Below are positions 36,345 to 44,708 of a stretch of 64,000 nucleotides of DNA, one piece after another (positions within the stretch are counted from its first letter, which is position 1; every line of letters begins with the position of its first letter). A model generated the notes under the pieces. That model made no database searches. It was not told the origin of the DNA and saw only the letters and a program-made list of their open reading frames with translations. This DNA comes from Croceivirga sp. (GTDB taxonomy: Bacteria > Bacteroidota > Bacteroidia > Flavobacteriales > Flavobacteriaceae): assembly GCA_028284285.1 (NCBI GenBank), contig JANQSA010000022.1, positions 7,741 to 71,740 on the forward strand. Direction: 5' to 3'. The position numbers were made by a program, and so were the translations under genes.

Positions 36345-36716
36345 ATGGCACGGAAATATATTCAGAACCCCAATTCCTGTACCCTTGTACATACCATGAA
36401 TATTATTGGTAATAAGTGGAAGCCCATTATTATTTACTTATTGTCCAATGGGGCCTTACGTTTTGGGAAACTCAATGCCCTGCTTCCTACTATTTCCCGA
36501 AAAGTCTTGACCAATCAACTTAAAGAACTGGAAGGCGATGGGTTGCTCTTACGACAGTCGTTCGCGGAGACACCACCTCGGGTAGAATATTCATTGACAG
36601 AAAAAGCAAGTGGACTTTTACCTATTCTAAAGCAACTGAGTGATTGGGCAAACCACACCTATCCGGAAATTGACTTTGAGGAATGTCGGATCCTACTCAC
36701 CAAAGAACATCAATAA
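36345..36716 (+). CDS. HxlR-family winged-helix transcriptional regulator
   Basis: CTLVHTMNIIGNKWKPIIIYLL...VLTNQLKELEGDGLL...PPRVEYSLTEKA. Divergent from the mdaB-peroxiredoxin operon. Confidence 0.9.
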   Translation: MARKYIQNPNSCTLVHTMNIIGNKWKPIIIYLLSNGALRFGKLNALLPTISRKVLTNQLKELEGDGLLLRQSFAETPPRVEYSLTEKASGLLPILKQLSDWANHTYPEIDFEECRILLTKEHQ

Positions 36717-36815
36717 AAGCATGTTTCTACTTTATTTGCTCTCCGCTGTCGTTTGATGGCACTTGTCGGTACCCCCAACCGATGTATCATCTATTCCAAA
36801 AGGATTTAAATGGGT

Positions 36816-37171
36816 GAGATTTCCCGGTCGCTTTGCTTCCTCGAAATAACTATTGTGAATTAATTTGTACCCCCAGAGTCATTTCGAACCCGCTAAAGAC
36901 GGGCAAGCCGGATATTGCGGTGCAATAAGAGCGTGAGAAATCTCATCTTTTCAACGGCGTAATTATTCTAGAAATAGATTTCTCCCACCGGAGGAGGGCA
37001 AGCAGTCGCTTCGCTTCTTCGAAATGACTAAAAGTTTTCGTATTATGATCCTCTCTAAAGTCATTTCGAACCGAATGTAATGAGTGTGAGAAATCTCAAT
37101 AACCTGAGATGAGATTTCTCCCGCCATAGTCGGACTGGCAATCGTCGTTCCGCTCCGTATGATGAAATGAC
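36816..37171. repeat. Dispersed palindromic repeat family, cluster 2 (5 copies in alternating orientation)
   Basis: Units are bounded by GAGATTTCTC...TCGAAATGAC or the reverse complement: 36816-36850 (degenerate), 36878-36944 (inverted), 36976-37028, 37060-37097 (inverted), 37111-37171 (degenerate). Confidence 0.75.
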
Positions 37172-37383
37172 GTTAGGACTACCTCCAACCTTTTTTTAGA
37201 AATTATGTAGTTTAGGGCGTGTTTACGTAGACTTTCAGACTTCTGGTTCTTTGTGTTGCCCATGCCTCCGGAGAAAGGCTTCCACCGAGGTTGAGTTCTA
37301 CCTCAAATTCTTTCTATGCTTCCGAAGTACGGGTTTATTATTCTTTTTTACCAATTCCCTAAGTAGTAAAAAATTCTAAAGCT

Positions 37384-37499
37384 CCTTTCCCTAGTCAGGG
37401 AAAGGTGGCATCCCAAAGGGATGACGGAAAGGGTGGAAAATAACCAACCCTTCCGTCTTACTTCTTCGAAGTAAGCCACCTTCCCTTGCTAAGGGAAGG
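37384..37499. repeat. Run of five consecutive stem-loops abutting the 3' end of the NmrA-like gene
   Basis: Stems: cctttccct/agggaaagg (37384-37405); catccc/gggatg (37409-37423); an imperfect stem (37424-37456); cttacttc/gaagtaag (37457-37475); ccttccctt/aagggaagg (37479-37499). Confidence 0.6.
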
Positions 37500-37513
37500 A
37501 GCTCTTTGGATAT

Positions 37514-38353
37514 TTATTTAACTTCCACAGCCTTGTTCCAAATCCCGGTTTTAACGGTTTCGGCGACGTAGTCCGTGAAATCGATCGGTTTTCTGCCTAA
37601 CACTTTCTCCACGTCGTGGGTTACCATCTGATTCTTCGGGTTGTCCAGGACGTGGGTAAACAAATACTCGATCAACCATACGTAATCCTCAGGAAGCTGC
37701 ATTTCCTTCATGGCATTCACATATTCGGGAAGTGTGATCGGAATAAATTGCAATTCCCTGCCAGAAGCTTTGGCAATTTCAGCGATGACCTCCTTAAACG
37801 TAAGTAAGCGGGGGCCGGTGAGTTCATAGATCTTTCCGTCATGACCTTCGTTGAGCAGTATCTCCACTACCACATCGGCAATATCATTGGCGTCCACATA
37901 GGGCGTCGGGCTGTGTGCATTGGGCAGGGCTACTACTCCTTGCTGAATCGGTTCAAGAAAAAAGCTTTCACTAAAATTCTGATTGAACCAGCTCGCCCGT
38001 ACAATGGTGGCGGCTATGCCACTATTCAGGACAATTTGTTCACAACGCTGGGCTTCCACCTCGCCTTTCCCTGAAAGTAGCACGAGTTGTTGTACCCCTT
38101 GTTGTCTGGCGACTTTGGTGAGCGCCTGAATGGCTTCTTTGGCTCCGGGAACGGCCAGGTCCGGTTGATAGGTGATATACATTTTCCCGATCCCTTCCAG
38201 CACTGCAGGCCAGCCCGCAGGTTGATGCCAGTCAAAGGCCGGGGTTTCGCTTCGGGAACCGATACGGACATCGTGTCCCAGGTGGTGTAAACGTTCGGCG
38301 ATGCGTCGCCCGGTTTTTCCTTTTCCTCCTAATACTAAAATGTTGTTTTTCAT
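37514..38353 (-). CDS. NmrA-family NAD(P)-binding (atypical SDR) protein
   Basis: N-terminal Rossmann motif ILVLGGKGKTGRRI. Length and layout of the NmrA/HSCARG family. Confidence 0.85.
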   Translation of the reverse strand: MKNNILVLGGKGKTGRRIAERLHHLGHDVRIGSRSETPAFDWHQPAGWPAVLEGIGKMYITYQPDLAVPGAKEAIQALTKVARQQGVQQLVLLSGKGEVEAQRCEQIVLNSGIAATIVRASWFNQNFSESFFLEPIQQGVVALPNAHSPTPYVDANDIADVVVEILLNEGHDGKIYELTGPRLLTFKEVIAEIAKASGRELQFIPITLPEYVNAMKEMQLPEDYVWLIEYLFTHVLDNPKNQMVTHDVEKVLGRKPIDFTDYVAETVKTGIWNKAVEVK

Positions 38354-38384
38354 GATGATTTCTGTTTATGTTAATGAATTATTC

Positions 38385-38876
38385 TTATTTGTTAATGGCG
38401 GTAATAATGAGTATTGCAAAAGCGATGACCCCCGTAATAATTCGGATCGTATGAAACCGATTCCAGGGCTGTTCAAATCTTTTTCGTAGGGCACTCAGTT
38501 GTTCCGCACTGCTTTGGGCCAAATCGGTTTTATCCAGCAATTCGTTCAAAGGGACATTGCCGAAGACCGTCACCAGGATTACTCCAAAGAAGTAGATAAG
38601 TACCGCGGTGAATACCATCCAAAAATGGGTGGGAGACACTCCCTTACTCGTGAAGACGGCCACCATACCTACCAAAAGTGATCCCATAAAGACCCCGTAA
38701 AAAATGGGGTTTAAAATGCTACGATTCATTTGTTGAAAGGCGTTCAGGTAACTCAGATCGTCCAATTGTCCAATACCAGGGGTAACGGCGTTGCCCCAGG
38801 TGAAGCATAGTCCGGCGACCAGCCCAACCAACAGGACAGTCGCGAAAAGCGATAGATTGCTCAGTGTGATTTCCAT
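38385..38876 (-). CDS. DUF1772 (anthrone-oxygenase-like) membrane protein
   Basis: 4 TM segments and the FGNVPLNELL motif typical of DUF1772. Confidence 0.65.
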   Translation of the reverse strand: MEITLSNLSLFATVLLVGLVAGLCFTWGNAVTPGIGQLDDLSYLNAFQQMNRSILNPIFYGVFMGSLLVGMVAVFTSKGVSPTHFWMVFTAVLIYFFGVILVTVFGNVPLNELLDKTDLAQSSAEQLSALRKRFEQPWNRFHTIRIITGVIAFAILIITAINK

Positions 38877-38891
38877 GTTTCATAATTTGAA

Positions 38892-39293
38892 TTAGTGATT
38901 AATTTTTTGTGTGTTACGATAGACTTTCGCGTACCAGTATAGCAAGGCGGTAGCGATAAATACTACCCCAATGATCCAGAAGCCGGGATCGGTAAAGAAG
39001 GTATAATAGCTGCCCCCATGGGGAAGTACTAACAGGGGGACGGTGATTAGCGCGTCCAATGCTGCTGCCGTTAAAAAGAAGGTCTGTCCCACCCAATAAC
39101 CATGGGTATTTTGTTCTCCTTTGTAGTACCAACGGGCTCCAAACCAAACCAGGGGAAATACTACAAGAAACAGCACCATATTGGCCTGTTGTTCCGGATC
39201 ACTTAGTATAGGGATAGAGAAGGAGAGCGTATAAGCGCTTACGCCCAATGCCCAGATACCGACTCCAATCCCAATTGCTCTAGCTGTTTTCAT
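38892..39293 (-). CDS. Hypothetical 4-TM membrane protein
   Basis: 133-aa hydrophobic ORF, 15 nt upstream of the DUF1772 gene on the same strand. Confidence 0.55.
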   Translation of the reverse strand: MKTARAIGIGVGIWALGVSAYTLSFSIPILSDPEQQANMVLFLVVFPLVWFGARWYYKGEQNTHGYWVGQTFFLTAAALDALITVPLLVLPHGGSYYTFFTDPGFWIIGVVFIATALLYWYAKVYRNTQKINH

Positions 39294-39505
39294 GACTGTT
39301 TGTTTTTGAATTACAGGTCAAAACTAGAGCAGCCCTGTCCGGTTCATTTGTTTGAAAAGGAGGAAGATTTGTTCGAAAAGGAGAAGGTTTTAGTTTTTAT
39401 TCCTGTACCTGCATAGTAAGCCTATAGGTGTAAATGGAAATTTCACAATTCGGAAAACCATTCCGCAATGGATGCGGAATGACAGTAATCAACATACTTA
39501 TGGCA

Positions 39506-40363
39506 TTATACCTTCACCTCACTGGGACGAAAGCCAAACTTTTTGGTAAAGGCGTTAGAAAAGGAACTCAAGCTATCGTAGCCCACATGCCAGGCGGCCT
39601 CCTGAACGGTAGCCTGCTGACTTCGGATCAATTCATGTGCTTTGGTCATGCGTTCGTTTTGCAGGTACTTAAAGACAGGCACCCCAAACAGTGCTTTGAA
39701 TTCCTTTTTGAGTGTAAAGGTGTTGAGTCCTATTTGGCGGGAGAGTTCGTTCAGCGAGGGCGGGGTATCCAAATTTTCCGACAGGATATCCTTAACCTGA
39801 AGCAATTTTTCCCGTTCTGAATTTTTGATCTCTGTTGTTTTTAGGGTCGACAATTGCCAGAAAAAATGAGACAACAAGGCGGTGATCTGACTGCGGAAAA
39901 ACATCATTTTAGCTTTCCCTTCATATTGATTGGAAAAGATCTGATCCACAATATGCTGCATCTCGGGCGTCATAAAAAAACGCGGTCCTTCCACATAAGG
40001 GGCTTTGGGTTGCACCAATTGTTCAAGGAGGTCTGTGAACAGCTCCCCCTCATTATTCGGCAGCTGTTGCAGGTTTTTGGGTGCGGTGGCAATCACCAGG
40101 CATTGTAGCGGCTTATCCGGGGACACTGTGTGCACACAGGCAACAGTTTCGTCGGCATAAAAAGAAAGCGCCAGCCCTTTGGTATGCTCGTATTGCCTTT
40201 GGTATTCCTGATAATTCATGGAAAGATGCACATTCCCGGATCCGTAAAAGGCTACGGCAATCATGGGTTCATCAAAATAGCAGGTATCTATTGTCACCTG
40301 GTTGGAAGTTGCTTCTTCTACCAGGATGGTAAAATCGTTAATATCGATAATGTCTCTTGTCAT
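39506..40363 (-). CDS. AraC-family transcriptional regulator
   Basis: C-terminal HTH pair (LNELSRQIGLNTFTLKKEFKALFG...VQEAAWHVGYDSLSSFSNAFTKKFGFRPSE). Confidence 0.85.
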   Translation of the reverse strand: MTRDIIDINDFTILVEEATSNQVTIDTCYFDEPMIAVAFYGSGNVHLSMNYQEYQRQYEHTKGLALSFYADETVACVHTVSPDKPLQCLVIATAPKNLQQLPNNEGELFTDLLEQLVQPKAPYVEGPRFFMTPEMQHIVDQIFSNQYEGKAKMMFFRSQITALLSHFFWQLSTLKTTEIKNSEREKLLQVKDILSENLDTPPSLNELSRQIGLNTFTLKKEFKALFGVPVFKYLQNERMTKAHELIRSQQATVQEAAWHVGYDSLSSFSNAFTKKFGFRPSEVKV

Positions 40364-40734
40364 AGCTGTAACAAATTAAGGAAATCGTTGATTCTCTCCA
40401 AAATAGGGGATACATCAGGTATTACCCTTTTTATAAAATATTCCAATACAGTATACTGACCCAAAACTGTTTTCATGGAGTATGTACTCAATCATTTCTG
40501 GCAATGACTATCTTAAAAACAGATAGTGACCTTTCATTGCTTTGCGTTACGAATTGTGGTATTTTTCAAAAATCAAAAGTAACAGGCCTCGCGCAAGTCC
40601 GGAAGGCCAATGGTGTCCCAGGGGCTCTAAAAATCTGCCATTATGGTTCCGGATCAGCGAGATCTCCGGTGTAGTATTCCAGTCGGTAATCAAGATGACA
40701 TTCTGTGTACTATTACTCGAGCAAAACCAACACC

Positions 40735-41817
40735 ATGATTGAAAACCATTTTGTCTTTGCGGACCTCTCTACCTATGATCTCACTGTAGCCAAGCCTTTT
40801 TATACCACCGTTTTTGATTGGGATTACCGTACCGAGGACGAACTATATTACCTGGCTCACCACAATAGGAAAGAAATTTCAGGGCTATACGAAACGCCAC
40901 AAAAGTTTAAGGACATAAACATGCCCTCCTTCTGGATGAGCTATATCCGGGTGGAAAGTGTACAAGAGACCGTATCCAAAGCCAGGGATCTGGGGGGTAT
41001 TGTTGAACTGGTGGATACCGAAAATCCTGTGGGAAAGATTGCTTTGCTCCGGGATCCTCTAGGAGCCGGATTCACAGTATACGAGGGTAATCAACTGAAG
41101 AGTCGCTATGAAAACGTGAAAAATGCCCTGGTATGGAACGAATTGTTTATTTCGGATTTTTCCAAAATACATGGGTTTTATACCGCTCTTTTTCACTGGA
41201 CCTTCTCGCCTGCCGATACTAACCGCCGCTTTATTCTGGATTCTCAAAAACAGCAAATCGGGGCTATCCAGGAGGTGCATAGCGCGATTAAAGGAAAATA
41301 CGAGTACTGGGGAGTGTTCTTTGCCGTACAAAATGTTGCAGCCACCAAAAAAAGGGTGCTCGAAAATGGAGGATCCCTGGTCTTGGAAGATGATCGTTTC
41401 ACTGCCCTGGCCGATCCTTTTGGCGCCTTTTTTCATATACTCCCTTTGGACAAAGCGGGCCTGACTTCTAAAGAAGCCCTATCAGGCACACCGTTTAAAT
41501 GGCGGGCATTGTTAGGCCTGGTACTTATTGTTTTTAGCTTGATTACCACATGGTATTGGATTTGGGGCATCTTCTTTGCACTGTGGGTGTATATGGACCT
41601 GCGTTCCGGGGTTACCTATCTTTTGGAACCCGTTCCAAAAGCGGAACACCCTTTCTTGTATTGGATAGTGGTCGTATTGTGGGCTTTCCTGGGGGTATAT
41701 AGTGTGTTGTATTATATGAATCCGGAATGGTTTTGGACCTCCTACTTCACTAGACCTTTAGTGCCGGAGATAACATTTGGCGTATACGGTCTTTTCGCCA
41801 AAATCACCCTTCCTTGA
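40735..41817 (+). CDS. Tandem VOC/glyoxalase-like domains fused to a C-terminal membrane domain
   Basis: First ATG at 40735 (MIENHFVFADLSTYD). Two glyoxalase-like halves (FADLST...GFTVYE; WNELFISD...AFFHIL), then 3 hydrophobic helices (WRALLGLVLIVFSLITTWYWIWGIFFALWVY..., YWIVVVLWAFLGVYSVLYY). Confidence 0.65.
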   Translation: MIENHFVFADLSTYDLTVAKPFYTTVFDWDYRTEDELYYLAHHNRKEISGLYETPQKFKDINMPSFWMSYIRVESVQETVSKARDLGGIVELVDTENPVGKIALLRDPLGAGFTVYEGNQLKSRYENVKNALVWNELFISDFSKIHGFYTALFHWTFSPADTNRRFILDSQKQQIGAIQEVHSAIKGKYEYWGVFFAVQNVAATKKRVLENGGSLVLEDDRFTALADPFGAFFHILPLDKAGLTSKEALSGTPFKWRALLGLVLIVFSLITTWYWIWGIFFALWVYMDLRSGVTYLLEPVPKAEHPFLYWIVVVLWAFLGVYSVLYYMNPEWFWTSYFTRPLVPEITFGVYGLFAKITLP

Positions 41818-42989
41818 CAAAACCGGCTCCTCATATCCTCCCGAGCATTGTCATCGCACAATTCTGTTGTACCTCGCTCTGGTTTGCCGGCAATGGGGTG
41901 ATGTCTGACCTGATTGCCAATTTTGCGTTACCCCCCGGTGCCCTGGGACACCTGACCTCAGCGGTACAGCTGGGCTTTATCACCGGAACCTTGTTGTTTG
42001 CTTTACTCACCATCACCGACCGCTTTTCCCCCTCCAAAGTGTTTTTGATAAGTGCATTGTTTGGGGCAGGCTGCAATTTTGGGGTCTTATGGGAAAGCAA
42101 CACCCTCCCCACCATCCTGGCATTTCGTTTTTTAACAGGATGTTTCCTGGCAGGGATCTACCCGGTGGGGATGAAAATTGCGGCCGATCATTTTGACAAA
42201 GGCCTGGGGAAATCGTTGAGCTTTTTGGTGGGTGCCTTGGTTTTAGGTACCGCGCTACCGCATTTACTAAAAGGGGTGGCTTTAGCCCTCCCCTGGAAGG
42301 GAGTTATTGCCACTACCTCAGGTTTGGCGGTGTTAGGGGGCATTTTGATTGCAGCCGGGGTGCCGGACGGCCCGTACCGCAAACCCAGTACCGGGTTGGA
42401 CCTTAATGCGACCTTTACCATTTTTAAACAACCGCAATTCCGGGCAGCGGCTTTTGGGTATTTTGGGCACATGTGGGAACTGTATACGGTCTGGGCCTTT
42501 GTACCGGTAATGCTGGTAGCCTATAGGGAAGCCCATCCCAATACAGATTTTCCCGTTTCCCTGCTTTCCTTTGCTATCATAGCCATAGGCGGCCTGGCTT
42601 GTGTGTTAGGTGGTTTCATTTCCCAAAGGCTAGGCGAAAAACGTACTGCCGGTTGGGCCCTGGGACTCTCGGGTAGTTGTTGCCTATTGTTCCCGTTGGT
42701 GTTTGTCTTGCCCTATCCCGGAGTATTTGTGTCCTTTTTATTGTTTTGGGGCATGGTAGTGATCGCCGATTCCCCGCTCTTTTCTACCCTGGTGGCTAAA
42801 AATGCCCCTGTACACATCAAAGGCACCGCACTGACCATAGTGAATTGTATCGGTTTTGCCATTACCATTGTCAGTATCCAACTGGTTACCGCCTTACAGA
42901 CTACCCTATCCCCAAAATGGTTGTTTTTGGTATTGGCGGCAGGGCCGGTGTTGGGAGGTATGGCATTGTTTGGTAAAAAAGGAAATTGA
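41814..42989 (+). CDS. MFS transporter (start uncertain; TTG overlapping the upstream stop)
   Basis: About 12 TM segments with an MFS-like loop 2-3 region. Overlaps the stop of the VOC-like gene by 4 nt. Confidence 0.8.
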   Translation: MTKPAPHILPSIVIAQFCCTSLWFAGNGVMSDLIANFALPPGALGHLTSAVQLGFITGTLLFALLTITDRFSPSKVFLISALFGAGCNFGVLWESNTLPTILAFRFLTGCFLAGIYPVGMKIAADHFDKGLGKSLSFLVGALVLGTALPHLLKGVALALPWKGVIATTSGLAVLGGILIAAGVPDGPYRKPSTGLDLNATFTIFKQPQFRAAAFGYFGHMWELYTVWAFVPVMLVAYREAHPNTDFPVSLLSFAIIAIGGLACVLGGFISQRLGEKRTAGWALGLSGSCCLLFPLVFVLPYPGVFVSFLLFWGMVVIADSPLFSTLVAKNAPVHIKGTALTIVNCIGFAITIVSIQLVTALQTTLSPKWLFLVLAAGPVLGGMALFGKKGN

Positions 42990-43086
42990 TTTTTCTTCCC
43001 ACCTTACTGTCCAATGATTTCGCTATATTTCCAAAATCCTCCCGGAAAACCGTATAGCCGGTAGTAGGTATTATTCTGACAGTACT

Positions 43087-44169
43087 ATGAAAAGATCGCA
43101 TTCTATATCACTTCTGAATGAAAAGAATTTCCAACGCAATTTAGACGGCAAAACAGTTCGCCTTTTTACCTTACAAAATCAACAAGGCGCTATCGCTCAG
43201 CTCACCAATTATGGTGCTACCTTGGTGGCTTTGTGGATGCCTGATACCCATTCGAAATTTGAGGATGTGGTTTTGGGGTTTGACGATTTGGAAGGTTATT
43301 TGGGCGTGGATCATTCCTATCTGGGGGCCACGGTGGGGCGTTATGCCAACCGAATTGCCGGAGGAACATTTGAATTGGAAGGTGAGCGCTATACATTGGT
43401 CAAGAATAACGGTCCCAATCACCTCCATGGCGGCACCAAAGGGTTTAATGCAGTGGTTTGGCAAGCGCAACAGCACAACAATAAAACCCTTGAACTGCAC
43501 TATCTGTCTGAGGATATGGAAGAAGGATTTCCGGGAAATCTTGACGTTAAACTCGTGTATACCCTAACGGATTCCAATGTTTTGAACATTGAATATTGGG
43601 CGACCACAGATAAAACTACTATTGTAAACCTGTGCAATCACGCTTATTTTAATTTGAAAGGAGCGGGCAACGGAAGCATTCTAGATCACCAACTACAGCT
43701 AAACGCCCATCAATTTACCCCTGCAGATACGGGGCAAATCCCCACAGGGGAAATCCGCGATTTGAAAAACACTCCTTTAGATTTTGGGATAGCCAAGGCC
43801 ATTGGCCTGCATATTGACAACGACTATGAACAACTGCAACATCCCGGTGGATATGATCACAACTATATACTGAACAAAGAGAACGGGAACTTCAGCCGGG
43901 CCGCTGTGGTGATTGAACCGGAAAGTGGACGAGTTATGGACGTATTCACTACGGCGCCCGGTATGCAATTCTATACCGCAAATAACCTGAAAAAGGGCCT
44001 TATGGGCAAAAATAAGAAGCGCTATGGCCCGCGTTCCGCCTTCTGCCTTGAGACGCAACACTATCCCGATAGTCCTAACCAACCTCATTTTCCCTCTACC
44101 GTTTTAACGCCAGGGGAGCAGTATTATTCACTTAGTAGTTACCAGTTTAGGATCATGGAGGCCTTGTAG
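43087..44169 (+). CDS. galM: Aldose 1-epimerase (galactose mutarotase)
   Basis: GRYANRIAGGTFELEG..Y.L..NNGPNHLHGGTKGF and CLETQHYPDSPN motifs. Confidence 0.9.
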   Translation: MKRSHSISLLNEKNFQRNLDGKTVRLFTLQNQQGAIAQLTNYGATLVALWMPDTHSKFEDVVLGFDDLEGYLGVDHSYLGATVGRYANRIAGGTFELEGERYTLVKNNGPNHLHGGTKGFNAVVWQAQQHNNKTLELHYLSEDMEEGFPGNLDVKLVYTLTDSNVLNIEYWATTDKTTIVNLCNHAYFNLKGAGNGSILDHQLQLNAHQFTPADTGQIPTGEIRDLKNTPLDFGIAKAIGLHIDNDYEQLQHPGGYDHNYILNKENGNFSRAAVVIEPESGRVMDVFTTAPGMQFYTANNLKKGLMGKNKKRYGPRSAFCLETQHYPDSPNQPHFPSTVLTPGEQYYSLSSYQFRIMEAL

Positions 44170-44232
44170 AGCTGTTCTTTCTTAATTATTGCTTTATTCC
44201 TCATGTAGAAATGCATCAAGTAGGTACTCTAA

Positions 44233-44511
44233 AGTCCTATCGAACCCACCAGAGTCGGATAAATTTACCTGCCGTAGGCAGAGAACATGAGAAATCTAAT
44301 GCTATACACTACAATCATTCGGGAATAGATTTCTCCCACCGGAGGACGGCAAGCAGTCGCTTCGCTTCTTCGAAATGACTAATAGATGTTGGTTCGTGCT
44401 TTCGCAGTCATTTCGAACCGAATGTAATGAGTGTGAGAAATCTCAATACCCTGAGATGAGATTTCTCAATCGTCTCCCGATAACTATCGGGATTCCTCAT
44501 GTCGAAATGAC
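44233..44511. repeat. Dispersed palindromic repeat family, cluster 3 (4 copies, alternating orientation)
   Basis: Copies at 44233-44298 (inverted, degenerate), 44327-44379, 44407-44444 (inverted) and 44458-44511 (degenerate). 44327-44379 and 44407-44467 are near-identical to 36976-37028 and 37060-37120. Confidence 0.75.
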
Positions 44512-44708
44512 TATTAGTTTCTATTATAGCTTTTTTCCGCCAACAGGCATTACGAACTCGCCAGAGGTGGGGAAGGATAGACTCTGACAAAAGGAAGAAG
44601 AAAGGGGAAATTTAAAAAAATTTAGACCTGGTCTCAATCCCTCCGATCCCAGTCAAACTGAGATCACCTCCCTTTTCCAAAGGGAGGAGCTTTTCTCAGC
44701 AATATCGG

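Noticed and set aside
36816-37171. Possibility that the repeat clusters are CRISPR arrays
   Set aside because: The units alternate in orientation, have variable internal sequence and irregular spacing, and number only 2-5 copies. No cas genes are present.
39434-39820. 128-aa plus-strand ORF overlapping the 3' part of the AraC gene 39506-40363
   Set aside because: It is antisense to a regulator with a clear HTH, and no motif is present.
40364-40734. 370-bp gene-free gap between the AraC and VOC-like genes, containing a start-less minus-strand frame (…VILITDWNTTPEISLIRNHNGRFLEPLGHHWP…)
   Set aside because: It may be a decayed gene remnant, but it has no start codon and no motif I can name. 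The 66-aa plus-strand ORF 40542-40742 also looks spurious.
44375-44590. 70-aa and 60-aa ORFs within repeat cluster 3
   Set aside because: They are composed of the palindromic repeat units themselves, and the same sequences occur non-coding elsewhere. Not credible genes.
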